Of a stretch of DNA of 64,000 nucleotides, positions 12,012 to 25,366 are shown in pieces. Made by a program: the position numbers and the translations under genes. The notes beneath the pieces were generated by a model. It saw only the letters and a list, made by a program, of their open reading frames with translations, did not search any database and was not told where the DNA came from. The stretch's first letter is position 1; the number at the start of each line of letters is the position of its first letter. Source of the stretch: Octopus vulgaris (taxonomy: Eukaryota); the NCBI GenBank assembly GCA_951406725.2, contig OX597818.1, positions 46,066,001 through 46,130,000 on the forward strand, given 5' to 3'.

Positions 12012-12169
12012 GTAAGTTTACAAGTTTTTGTCATTATTTCTTTCAATAATTCACAAACACACACATGATTCATGCTCCTTCAAACTAGCTCTCTGTATGC
12101 CCTCTTTACTCAGGTCCACTTGTTTTCCCCTTTATTGCCCTTACTGTATCTCACCTTTCAGACCCTGTA

Positions 12170-12540
12170 CTAGTAAGAAGGATTGGTTCTTCATCAATTC
12201 TTCTTATTCAGAACTGTAACTTTCTGGGACTTCCACCATCTCTGTTTTCCCTACAGATGTTCAAGATAACCATCAATAGCATTAATCTCACCACTTTTGG
12301 AAGGGCCTGCACAAATTAGAGACACTACCCTTCTTCCTTTCAGTATGCCATTATAATAACAGTTGAGACAGAGAAAAAGGTTCATATCCTGACAAGCATT
12401 GTGCTGTGTACTGATGATGGTGTACAGACTACACTTGTGGCCAAGACAGTCACCCCGCAGTGGCCTATTTAAGTAGGCGCCATTGATAGTATATTCATTG
12501 CTGTTGGTGATTGATGCCTTCAAAATGGTTTGATAGCCAA
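12170..12540 (-). mobile_element. Possible degenerate Penelope-like GIY-YIG region
   Basis: PLRGDCL-ATSVV (across a frameshift) and LNKKN resemble the CPL.G.CL...VVY and LNKR.E motifs of PLE endonucleases. Confidence 0.4.
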
Positions 12541-12842
12541 CCAAATAGTAAAGCTATAACTGAACAACAAATCAATATTTTAGCAATGTAAATGGTGATA
12601 ATTATCAGTTTATCACCATTTACATTTTCCTTGTTTGGATCTTCAACATAACAAATTATATTTGGTTTTTAAGCACTGGGGTTGATGTAATCAACTAGAC
12701 TCCCTCTCCCTCGAAATTGCTGGCCTTGTGCCAAAATTTGAAACTATTATTATATTAGGTTTTAAGTAATATTTCTATAAAAATTGTATCTTATGTAATG
12801 GACAGCATGAGTATAGCAGTTATTGTATGTTTTAAGTTTCAG

Positions 12843-12957
12843 ATGTTTGACAAAGAGGATATTGAAAGACTTCAAAATTTTCTCACATCAGGTCAGCTTT
12901 TAAGTGTTGACTTTATAGAAGTGACATCTCTGGAAACTATTCTTCTTCTTCGGCGAA
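12843..12957 (+). CDS. NR2E5/HR83-like nuclear receptor, coding exon E (LBD helices 7-8)
   Basis: Acceptor tttcag| and donor |gtaagt; 115 nt, phase 0-1. Translates MFDKEDIERLQNFLTSGQLLSVDFIEVTSLETILLLRR, resembling L.VD..E..CLKAIVLF. Confidence 0.85.
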
Positions 12958-14539
12958 GTAAGTAATATTTTCATTTAAAATGTTTATTCCAATAAGAGGC
13001 ACTGTTGTACAATTACTATTACAAAGTTTTACATGTCTCTGTCTTGCCTTGGGCTCAATTCAGTCTGGAGTTGCTGCAGTGGTGTTGTGATCTTTATCCA
13101 GATCTAGCCTCTAACACTGCTATTTTCTCAAAATCTAGAATCTAGGTAAAAGTCAGCCCAGCAAAAATTCAAAAATCCAAGTGAAGTAGCATCACACAAA
13201 TCTTTCACCTTCATTCTTGATACACCTTACCAATACTTTCGTCTCTCCAAATTACTAAATGATTTCATATCACAACATAAAGCCCCTATTATGAAATAGA
13301 AATGATGGTGCAGGTGTGGCTGTGTGGTTAAGAAACTTGCTTTCCAATCATATGGTTTTGGGTTCCAGCCCACTGAATGGCACATTGGACAAGTGTTTTC
13401 TAATATAGTTCATACTGACTAAAGCATTGTGGATGGATTTACAAGTCAGAAACTAAAAGAAGCATGTTGTATGATGCGTGCACGTGTGTGTGTGCGTGTG
13501 TGCATGTATATACACAGACACAGACACATATATATGTATCTATGTATGTGTGTGTGTGTGTGTATGAATGTCAAGTCAGTTGTGGGGCCTCTCATGAGTG
13601 CTACTGGTAACATGGAATCCAGTACAACCTGTTGTATAGTTGGCTTGTTGGCAACTAAACCAGCATCTTCACTCGGCTTGCATGGTGAGGAGGGTTGCAA
13701 GAAGGACTAAAAGCTAAACCTGTCAAAAGGACAGATGAACCTAGTGTAGGTTCAACCACTGTCTAGCACAGGCATTCAGAAATTCCAGCTTGGTGTCTGG
13801 TATGCTGGAAGACTACTGAGAGTGAGCATTCTTCAGTTTTTTTATTAAAGCATGTTTCTAGGAGGTCATTCTGATATAAAACCAGATATGCAAGGAATAG
13901 CATTGAACATTTTAGAGATCTTGTACTTTAGATAAGGGCACTCCCGCACTCCTGAGCTTGCAACCCATATTAGCACTGGATATCTTACCTTGATTTGTCT
14001 CCAGATCATGTCCATAGTGTGGAGAAATGTGTAAGGTGTTGTGCAAGCCTTATTGAGCCTAAAATTTTAGGTTGTGCAATTGCTGGCAAAGTGATATTCT
14101 GATGTTGAGTCAAGTAGGAGCATGGAAATCACAGACACACACCCATGTGAAATTGACCGCAGAACGCTATAACCTCATGCATGGGCATTGCTGACATTCT
14201 GCAGGGGTAATAGTCAGTGATGGTCTTTCTTGGTCATGAATCAACAGCCATCATTTGTGTGTGTGTCTCTCTCTCTCTTTCTCTCCTTGTTTTTATATGA
14301 CAAGTTAGTTATAAATAAAATGTCATTATCAGACAAATGGAAGTAGTGTATTTCTAGTCTTTCCTGGAAAATATATCTGGGCATTGGAAAATATTTCTTT
14401 GCTTGGAAACAAGTGAAGTTTAGCAACAGGATGGGCATGGAGCGATACAAAATTTGCCTCAACAAATTCCATCTGATCCATGCAAACATTGAAAGATAGA
14501 CATTAAAACAATGAGGCTGATCATGATAGCTTCAACAAC

Positions 14540-14870
14540 AAGGAAAAATATCTTCAATGTATCAGTCTAAACTACTATCAATATTAGTGAAGCTTTCAGC
14601 ATCATCTTTATCATCTGCTTATACACAAAATACTTAACACCTCCTTAAGAAATACTACAAAGCACACATAATTTATATGCAGATGACATCACACAAAATC
14701 TCCCACCACTACCACCGCTACCACCCTCTTCATTCTCCAGATATATCTGCTCAACAACTCTGACACTCCAGCATTATACCAGTCACCTGGAAACCTGGCT
14801 CCATAACAACAAATGTAAATTAGCACCTACCAAATCCACTGTCTACTTCCTTACCAGCAACAGCAGAGAC
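14540..14870 (+). mobile_element. Degenerate non-LTR reverse transcriptase fragment
   Basis: NISEAF (DISKAF-like), LYADDIT and LQHYTSHLETWLHNNKCKLAPTKST read across frameshifts. Confidence 0.65.
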
Positions 14871-15689
14871 ATAACCAAATATCACACACACACACACACA
14901 CACACACATACAGTAACATAAACATAACCATAGATGCAAATGACAAAAATACTGAGAATTGTATAAAGCACTGCAAACAATTACAGTGGATGTAGATACA
15001 GGCGTGGCTGTGTGGTTAAGAGAATCACTTTGCAACTATGTAGTTCTAAGTTCAATCCCATTAAGTTATATAACCCTCCCATAAATACTATAATTAAAAC
15101 AAAAAATAACAAATATAATCTATATATATATATAGAAATATATAACATAATTTCACTAACCAAGTTAATAAATGGAGGAAACCTGGAAACCTGGCTATAC
15201 AGTGGATGTAGATACAAGTCAGAAACTAAAAGAAGCATGTTGTATGATGCATGCACGCGTGTGTTTGTGCATGCATATACACAGACACAGACACATTATT
15301 ATGTATCTATGTATGTGTGTGTGTGTGTATGAATGTTAAGTCAGTTGTGGGGCCTCTCACGAGTGCTACTGGTAACATGGAATCCAGTACAACCTGTTGT
15401 ATAGTTGGCTTGTTGGCAACTAAACCTTGTGCAAATTCTTTTGCTTCAGGTTAATTAATAATGTTTGAATAGAATTTGGTCAGTTGAAACTCTGGAAAAG
15501 CTTATTGCATGTGTGTATGTATATATACATATATGTGTATATGCACACATATTGTCTCTGTGTGTTTGTGTGTATATGTGTATGTATATATATATATCCT
15601 TCATCGTGACCAGATGACCACTCCATCTGACATGCAGTGTCTGTGCAAGACCCTGCCTCAGTAAAGCTGGACTCAAGAGTTATCTTCAT

Positions 15690-16003
15690 AGTCATAAAGT
15701 GAGACAGATGAGTGACAACCTGGCCACTGGTGGTGGTGTTACACACCATACTAATCATATCTGTTGGGAATGTGGAAGAGAGTGTAATTCAACAGGAGGA
15801 CTTAAACGGCATGCAAAGGTACATGAAGCCCAGTTGCAACTACAGCCGGCTATTACTGGTAAAGATTTTAGTTGTCAATTTTGTACAAAACTTTGTAGAT
15901 CTTTAGCTGGGCTAAAAAGTCACATTCAATCACAGCACCAATAACAGTTAAGCTTCGTGCAATGGCCATACTCGATAACGAGGGGGCAGCCATCATCATC
16001 ATC
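15690..16003 (+). mobile_element. 3' end of RTE-clade LINE with two C2H2-like fingers
   Basis: CWECGRECNSTGGLKRHAKVH and CQFCTKLCRSLAGLKSHIQSQH, then a short 3' UTR (ctcgataacgag hairpin) and (CAT)n tail. Confidence 0.7.
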
Positions 16004-16041
16004 ATATATATCTCTATATATAAATATATATATATATATAT

Positions 16042-16234
16042 AATTTACAATAACCATTTTAATTTATGTGTCTCGAAACAAGCCGCTAGAAATTTCTAAA
16101 ATATTCGTTATTACCACATTGGTCCCAATTTTGAGGTTAATTCATAAGAATTTTCCCCTCTTCAGCGATGGATTTTTTAGAAATTTCTATCGGTTTGTTT
16201 TGAGACACATAAATTATAATGGTTATTGACAATT
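16042..16234. repeat. Fold-back inverted repeat
   Basis: caataaccattttaatttatgtgtctcgaaacaagccgctagaaatttctaaaa pairs with ttttagaaatttctatcggtttgttttgagacacataaattataatggttattg; about 60-bp spacer; next to (TA)n. Confidence 0.85.
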
Positions 16235-16571
16235 TTGTCTTTTTTTCGGCATATTTGGCATTAGAATTTTTCTTTTGCCCTTATTTTGTAAATTATTTAT
16301 AAATTTAACCTTTAAAGGTATTTTTTGATATGCTGGCCATTGATAAAATTTTTTTCTCGAAAAAAAATTTTATCCTACATTAGTTATATATATATATATA
16401 TATATATATACTATTCTTTAACAGGAATAGTATTGACAATGGCTTTGAAGTTTCAGCCAATAAAGCCATCATTGGACTAACTAATCTTTCAATTTAATTT
16501 AAAATTGTTTTTATTATATCATAAAAACAACCATTTATATATATATATGTACAAATATAACTGTGTGTGTT

Positions 16572-16605
<34 letters not shown>

Positions 16606-16981
16606 CGTTCATGTTTGTGTTTATGTGTCTGACAACAACGCCAGCAATTACAACAAAAAAAGAAAAATAATCTAATGTTGTGTCAAAATGATCATTTAGC
16701 AAATCAATAAAATATTTCTTCTTCGTTTTATATACTTTTCCCCCATAATTGCATGAGTTGGGATATTGTTTTACAGTTGAATACCTTTCCTGATGCTAAC
16801 CCTTAACTGTTTTTCAATCAAAGAATCTCTTTATTCTATCTGGTTTCAAAGGTAGGAAATAACTGGATGATTTATTGGCTGGAGAAATGATCAACAACCG
16901 TACCTATTGTACTTTTGTACAGGAGATCACAGATGTAAACAAACAAACAAACAGACAGCTAAACACATGCACATGTGTGTG

Positions 16982-17021
<40 letters not shown>

Positions 17022-18553
17022 CATACACACTAATATGGCAGGCTTCTTTCAGTTTTTATCAACCAAATCCACTCACAAAGCTTTGATCAGCCTACAGTTT
17101 AAGGTGTCATACAGAGGGATTGAACTTGAAACTGTAGAGTTCAGAAGGAAACAGATTTTATTAACACAGAGGTCATAAAAATAATAAAAGACTAAAACGC
17201 AGATCAATAAAATAAATACCAGATAGAAATAAGTACTGGGACCACTATAATTTATTAACCCTTAAGCATCTTATGCCAGTGCCACATATAAAGTACTGGT
17301 GCTAGTGCCTTGTAAAAAAAACACCCAGTACAATGTAAAGTGGTTGGTGTTAGGAAGGGCATCCAGCTATAGAAACCATGCTAAGCCTGGTGCAGCTCTC
17401 TGGCTGGGCAGCTCCAGTCAAACCATTCAACCCATGTTAGCATGGAAAACGGACATTAAATGATGATGATACAAATGCACCTGAAACCACCCTAGATTCT
17501 ATGATACAAAGTTCCTTTCTTAAAGTGATCTAAATTAAAACCAAAAGGTTTTGCTAATTTGTTCCAAACAGCAGCTTAATGATAACAAAGTTATCATCAT
17601 CTTTTAACATCTGCTTTCCATGCTGGGTGGGTTGGATTGTTTGACATGGAGCTGCCAAGCTGCAGGGCTGTGCTAGGCTCCAATGCCATCTTTAGCATGA
17701 TTCTATGGCTCAATGCCTTTTCTTATACCAACCACTTCACAGTGTGTACTGGATGGTTCTTACTGTCACTGGCACTAGTGAAGTTGCCATGAAACTTGCA
17801 TGACATAGAATAGAGGAAAAGAAAAGGCAAAAAACTCCCACAACTAAGCGGAAGTATTTGGGAAATGGAAGGTGGAGATGGGTACCGTTATTCCAGGAGT
17901 TGAAAGGCTAGAATATGATAGAGAGACAAACACAGGTGTCTTGCTATAGAGAAGATACATTGCTGAAGGAGATAACAGGAAGATAGTGATGGGGTGCAAG
18001 AGCAAACTCTCAAGGAACAAGAAGGTGAGAATAAGAGAGGATACAGACAGTAGGTCAAGGGAGGGAATGAGAGTGTGTGGATGCTTTCATAGGAGTGTGT
18101 TGGGGTGGGATAAACAGGTGGAAAGAGAGGTTAGAGGTTAATGTAGTGAGTGATGAACAAGGTTGGGAATGCTGATGATGGGAAATACTAGTATGTAAAA
18201 GGGGTAAGTTGGAAGATAGGAAGTGACTCAGTAAGGAGCATTGAACAGAAAGTAGTAGAATGATGTACAAGGTGTAGGAGTAGTTGAGAGGGAAATGCAG
18301 GGATGCATAAGGGGCTATAGTAAGTGGGTCTGATGGTAGATATGAGAGGGCATTGAGAATCATAGCACATAAGAGAGATGTTTATAATGGTGTACAGGAG
18401 AGGGGAGATGTGATAACAAAGTTATTTTACCAATAATTCAAGAAGAACAAGAACTTGAACGATAATGTATCTATTCATTCTCTGTACATTCTGGCAGATT
18501 CAAACATGAATATGTTGTTATTTTTCATTATTGGAAAATGTCTGTCTTTAGAC

Positions 18554-18754
18554 CAGTGCTTTTCAACATTTTTGCTGGAGCGGAACCCCAAGGAAACATT
18601 CCACTGGCTCGAGGAACCCCTGTGCAATAATTTAATAGTCTTATGCATACATATCTGCACAGGAGAATTAAAAATTACTGCCGATTTTACCAGTTTTGTA
18701 ACTTCTTACGGAACCCCTGGACTGTATTGGCGGAACCCTGGTTGAAAACCACTG
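18554..18754. mobile_element. hAT (Charlie-like) MITE
   Basis: TIRs cagtgcttttcaac / gttgaaaaccactg; 8-bp TSD ctttagac on both sides; subterminal ggaaccc repeats. Confidence 0.92.
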
Positions 18755-19183
18755 CTTTAGACAATGTGTGTTTGTAATGCATGTGATTCATTGATATAAA
18801 AGGTCTTTGAGACTCTGCAATGTTTTGTCTTTATAATGTGTTTCCTCGAAGCTACCATTGGATCAATGAATCTAACTAGAGCATTGGCAATACTTACAAC
18901 TATTACATTTCATTGAAACAAAGAAATAACAATATTGGTTTACAACTTGTATTCATTAATTATTCCAATTCTGTTAGATTCTCCCCACCACCACCACCAC
19001 CACCACCTTCCTTGATCTTTCCACCAACAAACTACTTGGAATACAAAATTGCTCTTCCACAACATTCTTGTAAATTCCACACAGCTCATACCCCAAGTCC
19101 ACCTACAGAAGGGCTGAATTAAGATTTGAACCTGCTGAAAGGATTTTCACTTTTGTTAAGAATTTCAGCTTATATAGCTTATA

Positions 19184-19354
19184 GGCATAGGAGTGGCTGT
19201 GTGGTATGAAGCTTGCTTACCAGCCACAGGGTTCCAGGTTCAGTCCCACTGCGTGGCACCTTGGCCAAGTGTCTTCTACTATAGCCTCAGGCCGACCAAA
19301 GCCTTGTGAGTGGATTTGGTAGATGGAAACTGAAAGTGGCCCATCATATATATG

Positions 19355-19403
<49 letters not shown>

Positions 19404-19603
19404 TTGTCTGTCTGTGTTTGTCCACCCAACATTGCTTGACAACCGATGCTGGTGTGTTTACATCCTTGTAACTTAGCGGTTCGGCAAAAGACAGCGATAG
19501 AATAAGTACTAGGCTTACAAAGAATAAGTCCTGGGGTTGATTTGCTGGACTAAAGGCGGTGCTCCAGCATGGCGCCAGTCATATGACTGAAACAAGTAAA
19601 AGA
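19184..19603 (+). mobile_element. SINE family A, full length
   Basis: ggcataggagtggctgtgtggt ... gactgaaacaagtaaaagag. Confidence 0.88.
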
Positions 19604-19984
19604 GTTATACTTAAAGGTAATTTTGCTCAAGAGTTTAAACAATTACTGTTATTTAATTAGTACAAAGAGTGGTGGGTTCACAGAATCATTGGAATGTTGA
19701 GAAAAATACTTTGTATATTTCTTTCAGCTCTTTACATTCTGAATTCAAATCCTACTGAAATGAACTTTGCATTTCAACCCTCCAGGTGTTAATGTAGAAT
19801 TTCACTTTGGTAATATCAACCTCTGATGATATAATGAGCTTGCCCTCTCCACTCAAAACTTGGCCATGTGCCTCTATTAAAAACCATTATTTAATTAGTA
19901 ATGTCGCTTAGCTTTAAACTCTTCTCTCCTACACTTCTGGAGATAAAGTCTGACCTTTTGGTTTGACGGTTTTTCTGAACTTAA

Positions 19985-20204
19985 ACCTTTCATTACCAAC
20001 CCAGCTGAAACCAGCTCTGGCTCTGAGTACAAATGTCTTGTTTTCATAAGTTTGGAATTAAAATCTACTACCAAACCTTAGTCACAATTAATGTTCCTAA
20101 CACTAGCTGAATGATAACTAAGTTATTTTACTAAGTTCTTTGTTATATTTAAAGTAATTGAAAGAAACACAGACTATCTCAAAATAAATACAGTAACGAA
20201 AGGG
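19985..20204 (+). mobile_element. piggyBac-type MITE, same family
   Basis: TTAA on both sides; internal sequence near-identical to 5732-5939. Confidence 0.87.
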
Positions 20205-20664
20205 TTAATATAACAAGTTGAAGTTTCAAGTTGAAAAGGTTAACAAGATTTGGCTGTAAAAGAGAAAGTGTGAAACTGTATCTAGATTAATCAAAGAATT
20301 TAGATAATTTTCTTTGTGTCTATTTTGGATAATTTTTCTTGACTGCCTTGTTACTATATTTCCATTGACATATACTAACTTTGATTCAAATAATTTTGAA
20401 AATAATGAAGAATTTAGTAAAATAACTTTCATCATAAGGTTATGTTTAGGGCATAAAGTAATATGAAATTTTGATAGGTTTTAATAAAGATCATGCGAAA
20501 ACAGAAAATTTGTATCATAGAACTAAGGATAGAACTAAATTAAGTTTTGTACCTTTGCAATGTTCGTCATGTGGTTTAAACTCACAGTGCTGTACTAAAC
20601 ATTTCAAGTGGAAAGAGAATGAGTAAGAAGATGTATTGCTTTGTTTTCCCTCTCTTGGACATTC

Positions 20665-21235
20665 TATTGGGTTGTCCGGAAAGTTCGTGCCAATTTTTAA
20701 AGGAAAGAAAAAGGTCAATAAATACTTGCCATTACATTTTTAATCAACCAAATATAAACCATTTTGTTGCACAATGCGTCTCCATCTTTCCTTTAACTTG
20801 AAAATACCCTCTTCCCAGAATTGAGTGCAGTTTCATGGCAAAGAATTCATCAAGGTATCTTTTTACGTCATCCAAGGAATTGAAATTTTTACCATTAAGA
20901 CTATTCTGCAGAGACCTGAATAAGTGGAAATCTGAAGGAGCAATATCTGATCACTATGGAGGGTGGGGTAACACATCCCAGCCGAGCTGCAGCAATTTTT
21001 GTCTGGTTCCCAAAGCATCAAGTGCCGAAAATGAAGTTTCTTATCTTCCATTTTAAAGGGTTACAGAATTAACACAGGTTATAGGAACATAGACCTTCTT
21101 CCATGAAAAGATAGCTTAAACTGTGCTCTAAATGGAGGTGTAGTCAAATCCTATTTTATGGACTCAACCATGTTCTAAAATAAGTCAAAAGGTAAGCTAC
21201 TATAAATCGGCATGAACTTTCCGGACAACCCAATA
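20665..21235 (-). mobile_element. Internally deleted mariner derivative
   Basis: TIRs tattgggttgtccggaaagttc / gaactttccggacaacccaata with TA ends. Remnant DIAPSDFHLFRSLQNSLNGKNFNSLDDVKRYLDEFF. Ends 71 bp before the last exon. Confidence 0.9.
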
Positions 21236-21306
21236 TTTAATTTTTTCTCACTTTCACACAAATGCAATATTTATGGGGTAATCACACGGTTTCGTTGTTC
21301 TTTCAG

Positions 21307-21539
21307 TGAAAGAATTAAATTTACTGGAGGAGTGTCGAGCAGAAGCTTACTTAGAGCAGTTGTACATTTCCTTGTCTCAGTATATCAGTACCCAATGCAA
21401 GGACCGTGACCCAGCTTCCCGGTTTGGTAAGATGTTAATGGCACTGGCTGATCTGAACCTCCCCCGTGGATTAGTAAACTTGTACTTTTTCAAAGGAAGA
21501 ATAGTAAACATCCAACATCTTTTCAAAATTAATATCTGA
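21307..21539 (+). CDS. NR2E5/HR83-like nuclear receptor, terminal coding exon F (LBD helices 9-12)
   Basis: Acceptor ttctttcag|, phase 1 fits exon E. Translates ...LEQLYISLSQYISTQCKDRDPASRFGKMLMALADL...LVNLYFFKGRIVNIQHLFKINI-stop, with the RFGKLLL.L-type and LFF-type motifs of NR2 LBDs. Confidence 0.88.
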
Positions 21540-21589
21540 TGAATAGTTTCCATGTGTGTTGTCACTTATATTCTATTGAATGTTTTAAA

Positions 21590-21595
21590 AATAAA
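21590..21595 (+). terminator. Candidate polyadenylation signal of the nuclear receptor
   Basis: AATAAA about 50 nt after the TGA; a second AATAAA at 21700-21705. Confidence 0.45.
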
Positions 21596-22089
21596 CTGCA
21601 ACGTTTATCTGTTCAATGATATTTTAAGACATTTTATCTCTGCATTAAATGTTTGACCTTTTATGTTGTAAAGTAGGACAATTTTTTACTAAAAAATCAA
21701 ATAAAATATATAAAATTCTACAGTGTTTTTGTTGTTCTTGGTCTCAGATTTATACAGAAGAGGAAATTTGAAGTTATCTCAGTGAATGGCTACAAATAAC
21801 AATGGTTGCTCTTAATTGCTCTCTGTTATTTTTTCTTTCGATAATATCAGATTTGTTAAGAAATAATAGCATAATTACACCTACAGAGAAATGCTAGGAC
21901 CCATAGTCTTTTCAAACAATGACAAGAAGGGATTTTTTTTGTTGTCTTAGAGGAAGGAGTTGTGCACATTTCTTTCATGGGCCCTCTGATACCAATGAAA
22001 GTGTTGTTGTTATTATTTTGCTTGAATTGTTAGTTAACTGTCTGCTAGGAACAATTAGCATAGAACTAGCAGAGTGCTGACCAGCAAGA

Positions 22090-22960
22090 TAACTTCAGCT
22101 GCCATGGGGTCTGGTGGGTATTATGTAGTATGTGAACATGTGGGTAGTTATGACAAGGCAATGGCTGGACAAAGACAGTGATGGTCTGCAAGAATTCTGG
22201 GGTTTAGAAAAGAGAAAGAGGTCAAAGGTATTTAGAACATTTGTGTTTGTCAGGTGCACATGTAGTTGATATAGAGAGTTAAGATCAGTGACAAATTGTT
22301 TTTTTATTTTTTTTCCAGTATGAGATGAGTGTGAGAGGTGAGGAAGAATTGTGAGCATTAAAATGACTAAATTCATTGACCATGGGAGAAAGAGATGTCT
22401 TCAATACCGGAGGAGGTATAGCAGAAAAGTTAGTGATTAGAGGAGTTTGGAGAGTAGTAAGAGAAGCATATATATTTGGAGGAAAGGAACAGGGAAACTT
22501 TGAGTCAGAGTAACTGGAATTCTTTGTTGCTGATCTTCAGATAGAACAGTTGAATTGTAGAAAGTAGAGGAATCAATCTATATATGCAAAGGCACCAACA
22601 TTTAAAGTAAAGTTTTGGTAAAGAGGGGTAACTGGGACAACAGAGAAATTATAACAGGTAAGAAACTTCTGTATTTGAGAGGAATAAGGATGTGTGATTT
22701 GCATGTAGGTAAGAAGCAATGGAAGGATGGGATCAGAGTACATGGATGTTGGAATACAGGAAGGAGAATTTTCCATCAGTTTTTTTTCTTCTTGCAACTA
22801 AGGAAGTAAAGCAGGTGTCAGTGCACAGTAAAGTCTTGATAACTAATGCTAAGAGCCTAGTTTGAATTCTTGCAATAGAGTAAATTTTGTAAAAGTTACA
22901 CTTAGACCCATGTGGTTATGTTAAGATCTACACGATGTGTTTACTACCCAAAAAGGTGAG
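22090..22960 (-). mobile_element. Possible highly degenerate LINE ORF2 (endonuclease region) remnant
   Basis: Broken ORFs with LINE-like composition (PTRP, FAYIDW-like stretch); motif support is weak. Confidence 0.3.
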
Positions 22961-24119
22961 GAGGATCCTTTAAGCCCTATACTGCAACACTACTTCAACA
23001 GAATGGTGATCCAAGTGAGAATCAAACAATATGTGTATACATACACACGCACACACATATGTATATATATATAAATATACATAAACATAAGTATGTTTTA
23101 TATATTTTATAAATACATAGATAGACAGACAGACCAGTAACAGATCAGATATGCATAAGTTAGCTACCAATATATGGATCTGTTGTTTTACAATTATATA
23201 GAGTAGATGTACTTCATATATATATTTTCATTTACACACACATACTCATATGCAGATATATTTAGGTATAATGGTATGTGTGAATCTGCCTATCCATCTG
23301 TCTGTATGTATGTATGTATGTATACTCACTATACATCCTATTTCACAAGCAACAAAATCTCTTAAAAAGCACAAAAAGGATAACAAAACAGTATGATCAC
23401 AAAGACACTACCAAATTGCACACTCACTCACGACCAATCACTACTATATACACAATCAAATATTTCCAGAACTTGTTGATAAAAATTCTGGTTTCTTCTT
23501 TCTTTTTTTCTTTTGTTTGTTTATTTATTTCATTCACTTTATGTATTGGCAACGATAACATCACTAATAAAAACGCATAACAATAGAAAGATGACTGCGG
23601 CAAAACTTCAAACAGGCTATTGAAGACAATGGTAGTAGGAAAAGGAGATTGTAAACAGGTAGTGACAATAACAGTTAATATCTGGAAACTTGATTAAACA
23701 ATCTATAAATTGATTCAGCAGAAGTTAAAAAAAAAAAATAATAATTTAACGCTATGTTCTCTGTGATATCAATAAATTTTAGTTCTCCATTGAGCTATTT
23801 CATCTTTCTTTTTGTTTTTTTTTATATATAAATTTTCAATCCTTTCACTGTACCAAAGTATGTAATGTAATTCTGATTAATAAGTGATCCATCTTATTTT
23901 TACAATACTCATTCTCAAATGGTAGATTGCAGCCAAGAGAAGTATTGAACATAGCCAGAAGCATGGCTGCGTGGTAAGAAATTTGCCTCCCAACCACATG
24001 GTTCCAGGTTCAGTTTCACTGCATGGAGCCTTGGGCAGGTGTTTTCTGCTATAATCCCAGGCCAACCAATGCTTTGTGAGTGGATTTGGTAATCTGAAAT
24101 GGAAAGAAGCCCATTTGTA

Positions 24120-24171
<52 letters not shown>

Positions 24172-24493
24172 TATAGATAGATAGATGGATAGTTAGATGG
24201 ATAGATAGATAGATAGACAGATAGATATCATTGTCATCATTTAATGACTACTTTCCATACTGGCATGGGTTGGACAGTTTGACAGGAGCTGATGAGACAG
24301 AAGACTGCATAAAACTTCAGTGTCTGTTTTGACATAGTTTTTATTTTATGGTTGGATGCCCTTCCTAACACCAACCACTTCACAGAGTGGATCAAGTGCT
24401 TTTAACATGGCACCAGCACAGGCAAGGTCAGTTTTGACATGGTTTTTACAGCTGGATGTCCTTCCAAAAGCCAACCACTTTACAGTGTGGACT

Positions 24494-24535
<42 letters not shown>

Positions 24536-24539
24536 AGGA

Positions 24540-24862
24540 GGAGACCCCCTTTAGTCATGAATGATCATGGGATCACACCTAGAAAGTAACCCTCCAAGGC
24601 ACAAGTCCGGGCAAGGTTGTTTGTGGAAGCCCAGCAGTCGCCCATGCATACCAGCCTCCCCTCTCCACACCACTGATGTTATCCAAGGGAAAGGCAACGG
24701 CCGATACAACTTGGCACCAATGATGTTGTAACTCATTTCTACAGCTGAGTGAACTGGAGCAACATGAAATAAAGTGTCTTGCTTAAGAACACAACACACA
24801 GCCTGGTCCAGGAATCGAACTCACAACCTCATGATCGTAAGCTCAATGCTCTAACCACTGAA
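24540..24862 (-). mobile_element. SINE family D
   Basis: Reverse complement of 57364-57700 (near-identical spurious ORFs). Confidence 0.8.
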
Positions 24863-25317
24863 CATAGTAAGTATATTAAGGGTAAAAATTATTAAAATTA
24901 ATAATTTATACCAGTGACCAGCATGCATAAAAAATTAACCGTAGACTGTAAATTATTTATATATATATGTGTATAACCATAGGTAATTATACATCATCAT
25001 CATCATCATCATCTAGCGTCTGCTTTCCATGCTGGCATAGGTTGGTCGGTGCAAGTGGGGTCTGGGAAGCCAGAAGGCTGTACCAGGCCCAGTCTAATCT
25101 GGCAATGTTTCTACGGCTGGATGCCCTTCCTAACGCCAACCACTCCATGAGTGTAGTGGGTGCTTTTTACGTGCCACCGGCACAGGTGCCAGACGAGGCT
25201 GGCAAACGGCCACGATCAGATGGTGCTTTTTATGTGCCACCAGTGGCTTTCTTATTTGCTGAAAGAAGATGCCAGATCTTCGAACCATGGAAAATACTTT
25301 CTCATACATATATATAC

Positions 25318-25366
<49 letters not shown>

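Noticed and set aside
15699-15944. Possible host C2H2 zinc-finger gene
   Set aside because: Only two widely spaced fingers, no TGEKP linkers, and it is followed by a short UTR and (CAT)n tail typical of an RTE 3' end.
19184-19260. tRNA genes at SINE heads
   Set aside because: A and B boxes are present but there is no complete cloverleaf, and each continues into a SINE body.
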